From assembly GCA_028819305.1 (NCBI GenBank), contig JAPPLY010000057.1, positions 30,432 through 94,431 on the forward strand: a stretch of DNA of 64,000 bases, in the 5' to 3' direction. The position numbers and the translations under genes were made by a program. Under the pieces are notes generated by a model that saw nothing but the letters and a program-made list of their open reading frames with translations, ran no database searches and was not told the DNA's origin. Positions 53,550 through 62,437 of this stretch are shown here, one piece after another; within the stretch, counting starts at the first letter, position 1, and each line of letters begins with the position of its first letter. Source of the stretch: Bdellovibrionales bacterium. Lineage in GTDB: Bacteria > Bdellovibrionota > Bdellovibrionia > Bdellovibrionales > UBA1609.

Positions 53550-56500
53550 TTAATTGTTTTTTGGTAGAGCTTTTAATAAAATATTTTCCAGTTCGGCAAA
53601 ACGACTTTTATTTTTGATCGTTCCTTGGGCAAAGCGAGCCTGCCCTCCTCCTTTACCGTTCAGAAAAGGGGCGATGGTGTTTTTCAAAAGTTCTCCGGCG
53701 GAGATATATTGTTGTAGCTCTTTGGAAACAGTGATGACGAGAGGAAATTGCTTTTCCCCTTCACCTAAAATGACCACGATGGCGGGAGCCCTTTTGGATT
53801 TGAGTTGATCGGCTGTTTCCGCTAGTATTTTTCTATCTTCAATGGGCAAAGCTATACTTAGTAAATAGCCTTTTATATTTTGGTGTTCAAAGGGTTTTGC
53901 TTTTTTTATTAAATTGTCTAAGTTGAAAGAAGAAGTGATGTTTTCTAATTGCTTTTTAAGTGTTTTGATTTGTTCTTCTTGTTTTTGGAAAAAGGGAACG
54001 AAAATGGCATCTGTTTCTTCAAAATTTTTGGGAAGAGGGAGTTTTAAGTATTCTCTTAACTCTTCATTTTGATGGACTAAAAAATAAGGTTCTTTTGACT
54101 GAGTATGTTCAAAAGTTGTTTTCTCTGTAGTAAGTGCTTTCTTCTCTGAATTGGTCCTATTTAAAGATATTTTAATTTGAGTTTTTAAAGTTTTAATTTC
54201 TTCTTCTTTTTTTTGAAAGTAGTGAATAAAAGGATTTTCCCTTTCTGGGGTGTTTGGTAAGGGAATATTTAAATATTTTCTAAGTGTGTTATTTTGTGTT
54301 TCTAAAAGAGAGAACCATTTTTTGGCTATATCACTTGTGTAAGCGGTGATTCTTCGCACTCCCGATTGCACACCCGTTTCAGAAATGATTTTAAAGCTGC
54401 CGATGTCGGAAGTGTTTTTTACATGAATCCCCCCGCAAAACTCCAAGCTCTCTCCCATTTGGATGACCCGTACTTCGTTCTCGTAAGTTTCTCCGGCTAA
54501 AGATAAAGCCCCTTTATGGATAGCTTCTCTATAAGGATAGGTGGCATCAGACACAGAGTGACTTTTTTGGATATACTCTATTACTTTATTTTCAATCGTT
54601 TTTAATTGCTCTTTGCTTAAGGGTTTAGAGTGACTAAAATCAAATCTCAGTTTTCCTGGTTCCACTAAGGAACCTTTTTGTCTAACAGATTTACCGAGGA
54701 TCTCTCTTAAAGCCTGATGTAGCAAGTGAGTGGCAGAGTGACTGGTGGCGATCAGCCGCCGGTGATCTGGATCTACGTGCATTTCACAAGCTTGGTTTGT
54801 TTTTATTTCTCCTTCTAAGATTTTTACTGCATGAAAAATAAAGTTCCCTTTTTTTTGACAATCCAGTACCTCTGCTTGGCCAGTTTCGGTTTTGATGATA
54901 CCTTTATCTCCAACAGGCCCACCCCCTTCCGGGTAAAAACAAGTTTTATCTGTTATTAAATATAACTCATTTTCATTTTGTTCTATTGTTTTTTCATATG
55001 AAACTGCCTGGTCGTCTATCCTTGTCCATAATGTTATTTTTAGCTTCCCATCTTTTTCTTTTTTTATAGAGCTTGAAGGACGGGGGCGTTGGGCGGCAAA
55101 AGAAATAATATTTTCATCCATTATGGGGTCGTCAAGGGGTTTTTCAATAAACAGGAGATGTGTAATCTGACTGTTCTCTTGATCTTTGTTGTAACCGGTA
55201 AATTCTGTTTTTGTTATGGGATTCGATTTATATTCTCTCGAGTTTAATTGCTGTATAGATTCCTCTAAATTTCTCTTTATACTTTGTTTTCTAAAGCTGG
55301 ATATGTATGTTTGTTTAAATTTCTCTAAATTAAAATTTTCATTAACTTCAAAACCTTTTTCTTTTGCGATAAGGCGAGTGAGATCAGGAGGGAACCCGTA
55401 AGTGCTGTAAAGGTTCCAGACAATAGAGTCGGGAATCGTTTTCCCTGATAGATTTTTTATTTTTTGAAGTAAAATATTTTTCCCCATTTCTAAGCTTTCC
55501 GTGAAAAGCTCCGATTCGGCTTTTATGGTGGAATCAATCAGGGTATTTTCTTCACTTAATTCCGGGTAGATGTTCTCCATTAAATGAGTCACTTGTTTAA
55601 CAGCAATAGATAAAAGGTTTTTATTTTTTGTTAATTTTTGGCTATAAAATAAAGCTCTTCTTAAAATGCGTCTCAGGACATAGCTAGCCCCATCGCTTCC
55701 TGGTAATACCCCATCGCAAATAAGAAAAGCAATGGCGCGGCTGTGATCCGCTATAACTCGAAAAGCCACTTGCTCTTCATTGAGATGGGTTTGGGTAAAA
55801 TCATATTTTACATCAGAGGCTTTTTCTAAACATTTTATAATCCCTTTAAAAAGATCGGTGTGATAGTTGCTTTTTTCCCCTTGTAAAACTGCCGCCAGCC
55901 GCTCCAATCCCATACCCGTATCCACACAAGGCTTAGGCAATGGTGCTTTTCTTCCGGACCGATCTTCATTAAACTCCATAAAAACCAGGTTCCATATCTC
56001 CGTCATATCTTCCGGTAGAGGATTTTTTTTTGGTCCATCATAATAGTAAATTTCCGAACAGGGACCGCAGGGTCCGGTGTCTCCCATGCGCCAAAAGTTA
56101 TCTTTTTCGTCCAGGAAGAATATTTTTTCTAGCGAAACCTTTTCTTGTTTCTGCCAAATTTCCGCACTTTCCTTATCTTCTTTAAAGACACTCACCCACA
56201 GCCGGTCTTTAGGAAGCCCTAATTCTTTTGTGAGAAAATTTATGGCGTACTCAATAGCTTGCTTTTTAAAGTAACTACCAAAAGAAAAAGAGCCTATCAT
56301 TTCAAAAAAAGTGTGATGATAAGGAGAGTAACCCACTTCTTCCAGATCATTGTGTTTTCCTCCCGCTCGCAGACATTTTTGAATACTGCAAACTTGTGTT
56401 GAGGGAGGGGGCTTTAATCCTAAAAAGCCATCTTTAAATTGATTCATTCCGGCGTTGGTAAATAAGAGGCTGGAATCTCCTTGCGGGATAAGGCTAGAGC

Positions 56501-56570
56501 TAGGTACCCAGGTGTGACCTTGGTGTGTAAAATAATGTTGAAATTTTTTTCTAATATCAGAACTGTTCAT
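53550..56570 (-). CDS. alaS: Alanine-tRNA ligase (1006 aa, longer than the AlaRS sequences I know; carries an internal 75-aa tandem duplication)
   Basis: MNSSDIRKKFQHYFTHQGHTWVPSSSLIP...DSSLLFTNAGMNQFKD, HHTFFEMIGSFSFG, editing-domain HSATHLLHQALR and C-terminal DHHA1-like GKGGGQARFAQG. Confidence 0.95.
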   Translation of the reverse strand: MNSSDIRKKFQHYFTHQGHTWVPSSSLIPQGDSSLLFTNAGMNQFKDGFLGLKPPPSTQVCSIQKCLRAGGKHNDLEEVGYSPYHHTFFEMIGSFSFGSYFKKQAIEYAINFLTKELGLPKDRLWVSVFKEDKESAEIWQKQEKVSLEKIFFLDEKDNFWRMGDTGPCGPCSEIYYYDGPKKNPLPEDMTEIWNLVFMEFNEDRSGRKAPLPKPCVDTGMGLERLAAVLQGEKSNYHTDLFKGIIKCLEKASDVKYDFTQTHLNEEQVAFRVIADHSRAIAFLICDGVLPGSDGASYVLRRILRRALFYSQKLTKNKNLLSIAVKQVTHLMENIYPELSEENTLIDSTIKAESELFTESLEMGKNILLQKIKNLSGKTIPDSIVWNLYSTYGFPPDLTRLIAKEKGFEVNENFNLEKFKQTYISSFRKQSIKRNLEESIQQLNSREYKSNPITKTEFTGYNKDQENSQITHLLFIEKPLDDPIMDENIISFAAQRPRPSSSIKKEKDGKLKITLWTRIDDQAVSYEKTIEQNENELYLITDKTCFYPEGGGPVGDKGIIKTETGQAEVLDCQKKGNFIFHAVKILEGEIKTNQACEMHVDPDHRRLIATSHSATHLLHQALREILGKSVRQKGSLVEPGKLRFDFSHSKPLSKEQLKTIENKVIEYIQKSHSVSDATYPYREAIHKGALSLAGETYENEVRVIQMGESLEFCGGIHVKNTSDIGSFKIISETGVQSGVRRITAYTSDIAKKWFSLLETQNNTLRKYLNIPLPNTPERENPFIHYFQKKEEEIKTLKTQIKISLNRTNSEKKALTTEKTTFEHTQSKEPYFLVHQNEELREYLKLPLPKNFEETDAIFVPFFQKQEEQIKTLKKQLENITSSFNLDNLIKKAKPFEHQNIKGYLLSIALPIEDRKILAETADQLKSKRAPAIVVILGEGEKQFPLVITVSKELQQYISAGELLKNTIAPFLNGKGGGQARFAQGTIKNKSRFAELENILLKALPKNN

Positions 56571-56581
56571 ATTTTTAAATT

Positions 56582-56769
56582 ATATCGAACCGGTATAGAA
56601 CCCCCGCTCCCGCGAGAACCAGCTTCACAAGGACCGGGTTTTCTCATTCCTACTTCTCCCCCAGAAGAGAATCACTACCTGATTCATATAAAAAATCGGA
56701 CAACATATTCTTGCCCTCCACTTGTGCGGGGGCAGGGTGCATGGGTAGTAGGGATCAAACAAGATCAGT
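56582..56769 (+). repeat. Family E repeat element (reference intergenic copy, between alaS start and recX end)
   Basis: atatcgaaccggtatagaacccccgctcccgcgagaaccagcttcaca ... gtgcgggggcagggtgc ... agggatcaaacaagatcagtat. It explains ORF-track entry 56481..56831. Confidence 0.8.
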
Positions 56770-56871
56770 ATAGAGCAATTACTGCTTTGTTATCAAGTTT
56801 TTATTTTTTACTTGTATGGCTATTTTTTTAGGATGTCCTTTGTTTATAGAAAAGATTGCTTTCCTTATTTT

Positions 56872-57318
56872 TTATCTATGGATGTCATATATGACCTTTT
56901 TTATTATAGATTGTTCAAAACCTCTATAGGAAAGAAAGCGGTGCATTTTTTGTATTATATTCTGTGGGGGATTTTGTATATGTTTGAATTTTTTTTCCAT
57001 CCACCATCGGCATTTTTTTTCTTCTAAAGCTTCTTGTCTTTGTGTGGAAGGCAGGTGCTTTCTCTTTAATGCTGCTTGAATCAAAAGCCAACCTCTGTTT
57101 TTTCTGTGTAACTCATTAATAAGTTGCTCAGCTATTTCTTCGGGTTCAGGAAGCCATTTTTGTTTCTTTGCCAGACAGAGGGCTTTCATTACATCTTGTT
57201 TGTTAAAATGCTTTTTAAGTTTACACTCTAGCTCGTACTCGGAATGTGTTCGATAACAGATGTAAGTTTGTAGCTTTTCTATAATGTTTTTTTCAGAAAG
57301 TTTCTTCTTATTGTTCAT
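56872..57318 (-). CDS. recX: RecA regulator RecX (probable)
   Basis: 148 aa, helical-repeat composition. CYRTHSEYELECKLKK fits the RecX N-terminal pattern (R..S..EL..KL). It sits directly upstream of alaS, as in the widespread recA-recX-alaS arrangement. Confidence 0.55.
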   Translation of the reverse strand: MNNKKKLSEKNIIEKLQTYICYRTHSEYELECKLKKHFNKQDVMKALCLAKKQKWLPEPEEIAEQLINELHRKNRGWLLIQAALKRKHLPSTQRQEALEEKKCRWWMEKKFKHIQNPPQNIIQKMHRFLSYRGFEQSIIKKVIYDIHR

Positions 57319-57371
57319 TAGAAATGAAAATTAATATTTATAGGAAACAAAATCCAGTTTTATTTTGTGTT

Positions 57372-57700
57372 TCACCGAACCGGTCAGGAAATCGTATCTC
57401 TCAGAGGGTCTCTTTGGAAGATAAAAAAAGAGACCCTCGAAAAACTCTGTCTCCGCGAAGGTTGTTTCCACAAAATGACTCCTCGTGAAAACGGGGGAGT
57501 GGGGCTAGATTCCTGTTTCTACAGAATTGACAAGCTAGAGAAGTTTGTCCTTATGAGAACAGGGAGCGCGGGGACCTTTTTCCTCACGGACAGGGGGGAT
57601 CAAGGAGGACCGAAAATTTTAGGATATACAGAAAAAGACCTGTCCCTTGAAGGGGGGTAAGGGGGTAAGGGGGTAAGGGGGGATCAAATCAGATGAGTAT
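57372..57700 (+). repeat. Family E repeat element, long variant (329 nt) with a G-run microsatellite
   Basis: tcaccgaaccggtcaggaaatcg start. 10-bp perfect hairpin gagggtctct...agagaccctc. ccacaaaatgac block. Ends ggggggatcaaatcagatgagtat. It explains ORF-track entry 57367..57660. Confidence 0.8.
57652..57682 (+). repeat. (GGGGGTAA)n microsatellite / canonical G-quadruplex motif
   Basis: ggggggtaagggggtaagggggtaagggggg: four G5-6 runs separated by TAA loops. Confidence 0.9.
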
Positions 57701-57708
57701 AAATGATT

Positions 57709-58899
57709 TTAAGAGGCGTTCGTCTTTGTTTTTAAAGATAATCCTGTGCTAGATATGTCTTGAGTTTTAGTTATTTGCTCTGGGGCAGATTGATTCATAT
57801 ATTTTTCAAATTGATTTTCAAAGGAGATTCCAGAGGAGATCAGTTTAATTTTTTCTGCAGATGTGGAAAACCGATTAGCGTCTCTTTTAGAAATTAATTT
57901 TTGTTTCATCATTTCAATTAAATGTTGATCGAAAGTTTGCATGCCCCAGTGGTTTTTACTTTCCGTCATAATTTTCCTTATTTGCTCTGTAGAGCTGTGT
58001 TGTTTTTCAATCTCTTTTTGTACTCGATAGTTATTAATTAAAATTTCCATAGCGGGAATATAACCTGTTCCATCTTTTTTAGGAATCAACCTTTGTGCAA
58101 AAACAGCTTTTAATACAGAAGATAAAACCAGTCTTACAGACTGTTGTTCGACACTGGAGAACACACTCAAAATTCGATTAATAGTTTCTGCTGCCTCTTG
58201 AGTGTGAATAGTAGAAAATATTAAATGTCCTGTTTCTGCAGCCGTTAAGGCAGTAGAAATAACATCTTTTGTTCTTAATTCGGAAAAAAGAATAATATCC
58301 GGGTCTTGCCTTAAAGCGGATTTTAGAGCGAGATGGGGATCATAACAATCTACACCCATTTCTCTTTGAGTGATAAGGCTATGATGATCTTGAATCAAAA
58401 ATTCAATCGGGTCTTCAATGGTAAGGATGTGTTTATTTTTGGTTTTATTGATGTGATTAATGATAGCTGCCAAAGTGGTTGATTTTCCCACTCCAGTGGC
58501 TCCCGTAACCAAAATTAAGCCTCTTTCTGCTTTGTTTACGATGTTTAGTATTTCCATTGGAAGGTTTAAATCGTTAAAAAGAGGGACATTGTGAGGAATG
58601 TGACGAACAGCTACCCTTATACTGCCTCGTTGAAAAAAGATATTAAAACGGAATCGCCCTATTCCTTTTAATCCATAACCTAGATCCACAGACCCATATT
58701 CTCTCAATTGTTCCTGGTAATTGTCAGTTAATATAGGTGCGATCAGCTGATCTATTGTGTGATTATTAATAATAGGTAAATCAGAACTGAGAGTGCATAA
58801 TTTGGTTTTTTTTCTCATAATAGGGGGAGCCCCTACTTTTAGATGCAGATCACTTCCTCCTTTGTGCACTAATTCTGTTAATAATTTATCTATGTCCAT
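57709..58899 (-). CDS. pilT: Type IV pilus retraction ATPase PilT/PilU family
   Basis: GGSDLHLKVGAPP, Walker A GATGVGKSTTLAA, Asp box, LRQDPDIILFSELR, HLIFSTIHT. Confidence 0.85.
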   Translation of the reverse strand: MDIDKLLTELVHKGGSDLHLKVGAPPIMRKKTKLCTLSSDLPIINNHTIDQLIAPILTDNYQEQLREYGSVDLGYGLKGIGRFRFNIFFQRGSIRVAVRHIPHNVPLFNDLNLPMEILNIVNKAERGLILVTGATGVGKSTTLAAIINHINKTKNKHILTIEDPIEFLIQDHHSLITQREMGVDCYDPHLALKSALRQDPDIILFSELRTKDVISTALTAAETGHLIFSTIHTQEAAETINRILSVFSSVEQQSVRLVLSSVLKAVFAQRLIPKKDGTGYIPAMEILINNYRVQKEIEKQHSSTEQIRKIMTESKNHWGMQTFDQHLIEMMKQKLISKRDANRFSTSAEKIKLISSGISFENQFEKYMNQSAPEQITKTQDISSTGLSLKTKTNAS

Positions 58900-59095
58900 T
58901 TGTCTCTTTAGCCTTTCTTTTTAAGGTCATCGGTATATCATTTTCATTTTTTGAGAATTTTTTAGCTTATTATTTTTAAATACCCGTTTTTGTAACTAAA
59001 TGGCTCTTTTTAGGTTAAATAGTTCAGGAAAACCCCTAATAAATAGAGAAAAAGAGGGTAAAAAATAAATATTTAGAGTTTCTTGATCGTTTTCT

Positions 59096-59680
59096 ATGGA
59101 ATCCTTAGTTAAGGATCGTTATAGTAAGGATGAAATTAAGGAGTTTTTTGAAATGTTGTATTTTGAAGAGTTAGAGAAAAAATCCTTATATATTCACACG
59201 CTTTTTACGCAGAATAAACAGACTTTAGCCTTGGCAGAAAGTTGTACAGGAGGTTTGCTTTCTTATTTTTTAACGATAAAAGAGGGAGCTAGTGTATTTT
59301 TTTTAGGTTCTGTAGTAGGTTACTCTTACTTGGCAAAAATGCGGAGCTTAGATATTCCCTCTAAAGTGTTGAAGGAAAAAGGGGCTGTTAATCAGTCTGT
59401 TTGTCGTTTAATGGCGCAAGGTATAAAAAAAAAATGGGATAGTGATTGGGCTATGGCTATCACCGGAGTAGCCGGTCCAGGGAGAATGGAGAGAGATCCG
59501 GAGGTGGGAGTGGTTTTTATTGGTGTTTTGGGACCAGATTGTGACGAAGTGGCTCCTTTTTTGCTAGATAAAAAAAATCGTCAGGACATACGGCATCAAT
59601 CTGCCATTTTTGCATTGGATTTTTTACAATCCCGTATAAAAATAGGCGGCAAAATAAAGAAGGAGGTAAGTTATGAGTGA
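59096..59680 (+). CDS. pncC: CinA C-terminal domain protein / NMN amidohydrolase PncC
   Basis: [14 protein letters not shown] and [12 protein letters not shown] are CinA-C signatures. It overlaps recA by 8 nt (classic cinA-recA pair). Confidence 0.8.
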   Translation: MESLVKDRYSKDEIKEFFEMLYFEELEKKSLYIHTLFTQNKQTLALAESCTGGLLSYFLTIKEGASVFFLGSVVGYSYLAKMRSLDIPSKVLKEKGAVNQSVCRLMAQGIKKKWDSDWAMAITGVAGPGRMERDPEVGVVFIGVLGPDCDEVAPFLLDKKNRQDIRHQSAIFALDFLQSRIKIGGKIKKEVSYE

Positions 59681-60755
59681 CAAACAAAAAAGTGAAAAAC
59701 AAAAGGCCTTGGATTTAGCTATTACATCCATTGAGAAACAATTTGGAAAAGGTTCCATTATGAAGCTGGGAGGGGGTAAATCTATTTATGAAGATGTATC
59801 CGTTTATAGCACAGGATCTTTAGGTTTAGATATAGCTCTTGGTATCGGAGGACTTCCTAAAGGAAGGGTGGTGGAGATTTTTGGGCCAGAAAGCTCAGGT
59901 AAGACCACTTTAGCTCTTTCTACAGCGGCTCAAGCACAGAAGGCAGGTGGTACAGTGGCTTTTGTAGATGCGGAGCATGCTTTGGATATTAACTATGCTG
60001 CTAAGCTGGGAGTGAATATACCGGAAATGTTGATTTCCCAACCCGATGCCGGGGAACAGGCTTTGGAGATTACAGAAACTTTAGTGCGGTCAGGAGCGGT
60101 TGATGTGCTTATTGTGGATTCCGTTGCGGCTTTGACTCCTAAAGCAGAAATTGAAGGGGACATGGGCGATTCTCACATGGGATTGCAAGCGCGGCTTATG
60201 TCTCAAGCTCTCCGTAAATTAACAGCCGCCATTAATCGTAGTGGGGCTTTAGTTATTTTTATTAATCAAATTAGAATGAAAATAGGTGTTATGTTCGGCA
60301 ATCCGGAAACCACCACTGGAGGAAATGCTCTTAAGTTTTATTCTTCTGTTCGTTTAGATGTCAGAAGAGTGGCCGCTCTCAAAAAAGGGGATGTGATTGT
60401 CGGTAACAAGACAGTAGTGAAAGTGGTTAAAAACAAAATGTCTCCTCCTTTTGCTCGGGCGGAGTTTGACTTAATGTATGGAGATGGTATTTCCCGAGAG
60501 GCGGAATTATTGGACTTAGCTTGTAAGAAAGATATTGTGCAAAAATCGGGAGCCTGGTACAGCTTTGAAGGAAATAAAATAGGCCAAGGGAGAGACCTGG
60601 CTCGCGTCTTTTTAAAGGAAAATAAGCCTATTAGAAATAAAATTTTACAGACTGTTTTTAAGGCTTATGACATAAAAATAAGGGGGCTTAAAAACCAACA
60701 GCCCTTAGCTGGAAAACAGGCATACTCATCAGTGCAACCAGGTTCTTCTCATTAA
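59673..60755 (+). CDS. recA: Recombinase RecA
   Basis: [25 protein letters not shown], Walker [20 protein letters not shown]1/L2 loop region [15 protein letters not shown]. Confidence 0.98.
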   Translation: MSDKQKSEKQKALDLAITSIEKQFGKGSIMKLGGGKSIYEDVSVYSTGSLGLDIALGIGGLPKGRVVEIFGPESSGKTTLALSTAAQAQKAGGTVAFVDAEHALDINYAAKLGVNIPEMLISQPDAGEQALEITETLVRSGAVDVLIVDSVAALTPKAEIEGDMGDSHMGLQARLMSQALRKLTAAINRSGALVIFINQIRMKIGVMFGNPETTTGGNALKFYSSVRLDVRRVAALKKGDVIVGNKTVVKVVKNKMSPPFARAEFDLMYGDGISREAELLDLACKKDIVQKSGAWYSFEGNKIGQGRDLARVFLKENKPIRNKILQTVFKAYDIKIRGLKNQQPLAGKQAYSSVQPGSSH

Positions 60756-60802
60756 AGTGCTCTCTATAATAATAGAGAAAGGACAAGGGACGTTTCCTTA
60801 TT

Positions 60803-61282
60803 TTAAATAGGGCAAGAAGGTGTTTTTCTTTTTTTATGAAAGAACTCTTTTAGGAGTTTAGCGCTTTCCTCTGCTAAAAGCCCCGGGTGGATTTCTATTT
60901 GATGGTTTAAACGTAGGTCTTGCGGGATTTGGTAAAGAGAGTGAACGGCACCGGATTTAGGGTCTTTACATCCATACACCAGCCGTTTTAGTCGGGCAGC
61001 TACCAAAGCCCCCGCGCACATGGGACAAGGTTCCAGGGTAACATAAATTGTGCAGTTATTTAGCCGCCAACTCCCTAATTTAGAAGAGGCTTGTTCTATA
61101 GCTAGGATTTCTGCATGGGCAGTGGCCTTTGTTAAAGTTTCTTTTTGATTAAAAGCGCAAGCTATCACCTTTTTTTCTTGAGTAATCACGGCTCCTACAG
61201 GTACTTCACCTTTTTTTCCTGCTTGTTCAGCCAGCTTAAGAGCCATTTTCATAAATATAAAATCAGTTGTTGGTTCTTTCAA
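60803..61282 (-). CDS. tadA: tRNA-specific adenosine deaminase
   Basis: CDA fold: HAEILAI and PCPMCAGAL. Confidence 0.9.
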   Translation of the reverse strand: MKEPTTDFIFMKMALKLAEQAGKKGEVPVGAVITQEKKVIACAFNQKETLTKATAHAEILAIEQASSKLGSWRLNNCTIYVTLEPCPMCAGALVAARLKRLVYGCKDPKSGAVHSLYQIPQDLRLNHQIEIHPGLLAEESAKLLKEFFHKKRKTPSCPI

Positions 61283-61582
61283 AATGATTACTCCTTTTTA
61301 GGAAAGATTTTATGTTTATACCGGACAGATCAAGAATCCCCTTTTCCACAGGGACCTCTGTTTACGCCCTCCGTTTACTCTTGGGAGAAAAAAGAGGCTA
61401 TCGAAAAATGCAAACTAGACTGGTATATATACTCTAAAGTAAAACTTTTTTAAAGTAGGGAATCCCTTGAGTTCTTGTTGTCATTATTAATTTATTCTTA
61501 AATTTTTAACCTGTGCTTGTTTTTAGAGATATTATCTGTTATGTGTGGTCCTTTAAACTGAGTAGAGAAAAGAATTAAATTT

Positions 61583-61743
61583 ATACTGATCTTATTTGAT
61601 TCCCGCGACCCTGCTCCCGCAAAAGCAGGGGGCGAGGACCTTATCCCCGCTTCCGCGGGGATAAGGTTTTGTGCTTTCTGTAAGCTTCTTCCGAGGAGGT
61701 GAGCGGAGTTTGAAATTCGCAATTTCTATATCGGGTCAGTATC
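61583..61743 (-). repeat. Family E repeat element (termini in reverse orientation, mosaic interior)
   Basis: The left end atactgatcttatttgattccc is the reverse complement of gggaatcaaataagatcagtat. Hairpins ccctgctcccgcaaaagcaggg and cttatccccgcttccgcggggataag. Right end ctatatcgggtcagtat. Confidence 0.7.
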
Positions 61744-61773
61744 ATCTCATAAACATAGAAGGTGGTGAAATCT

Positions 61774-61971
61774 GTGCCTCGTGTAAAAATCCGTGAAGGG
61801 GAGCATTTTGAACAAGCTCTTAGACGTTTTAAAAAGTCTTGTGAAAAATTTGGCATTCTTTCTGAAATTAAAAAAAGAGAGTTTTATGAAAAACCTAGTG
61901 TTTCTAAGAAAAAGAAAGCACTTAATGCCCGGAGAAGGTTATTGAAGAAAACAAGAAAAGGGGGGACTTAA
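61774..61971 (+). CDS. rpsU: 30S ribosomal protein S21
   Basis: (M)[44 protein letters not shown] at 61774 preceded by gaaggtggtg. The ORF track starts at 61762. Confidence 0.9.
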   Translation: MPRVKIREGEHFEQALRRFKKSCEKFGILSEIKKREFYEKPSVSKKKKALNARRRLLKKTRKGGT

Positions 61972-61975
61972 GTAA

Positions 61976-62437
61976 GTGAGTACATCTATTTCTTTAAGGG
62001 ACCGAATTTTAGCTGATATGAGATCTGCTATGAAAAGTAAAAAAAACGCTGAACTTCAAGCTCTGAAGCTGGTATATGCGGAATGTAAGAATAAAGAAAT
62101 TGAGCTAAAGACTGTTTTAGATGATAGGCAAATGATCTCTCTTTTGAAAAAACAAGTTAAACAGTATGAAGAAAGTATCGAGCAGTATAAAAAAGGAGAT
62201 CATCAAGAAGGAGTTTTAGAACAAAAAAAGAGAAGGGATTTTATAAAATCTTATTTACCTAAAGAAATTTCAGAAAGAGAGTTAGAGGCTCTTGTTATTG
62301 AAACCATTGCCGAGTTGAAAGTGACTTCGATAAAAGAAATGGGAACAGTTATGAAGGTTATGCAAGCCCGTACAGCGGGTTCTGCTGATAATCGTCGTCT
62401 GGCGGCCCTAATAAAAGAGAGATTACAGGCTATATGA
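61976..62437 (+). CDS. yqeY: GatB/YqeY domain protein
   Basis: LRDRILADMRSAMKSKKNAELQALKLVYAECKNKEIE and the C-terminus KEMGTVMKVMQARTAGSADNRRLAALIKERL are typical YqeY. Confidence 0.8.
   Translation: MSTSISLRDRILADMRSAMKSKKNAELQALKLVYAECKNKEIELKTVLDDRQMISLLKKQVKQYEESIEQYKKGDHQEGVLEQKKRRDFIKSYLPKEISERELEALVIETIAELKVTSIKEMGTVMKVMQARTAGSADNRRLAALIKERLQAI

Noticed and set aside
56481-56831. 116-aa ORF (and the 97-aa ORF at 57367..57660) between alaS, recX and pilT
   Set aside because: Both coincide with family E repeat copies. The open frames seem to be a property of the element (stop-poor, GC-rich modules) rather than evidence of genes. Their openness is noted as an observation in the findings.
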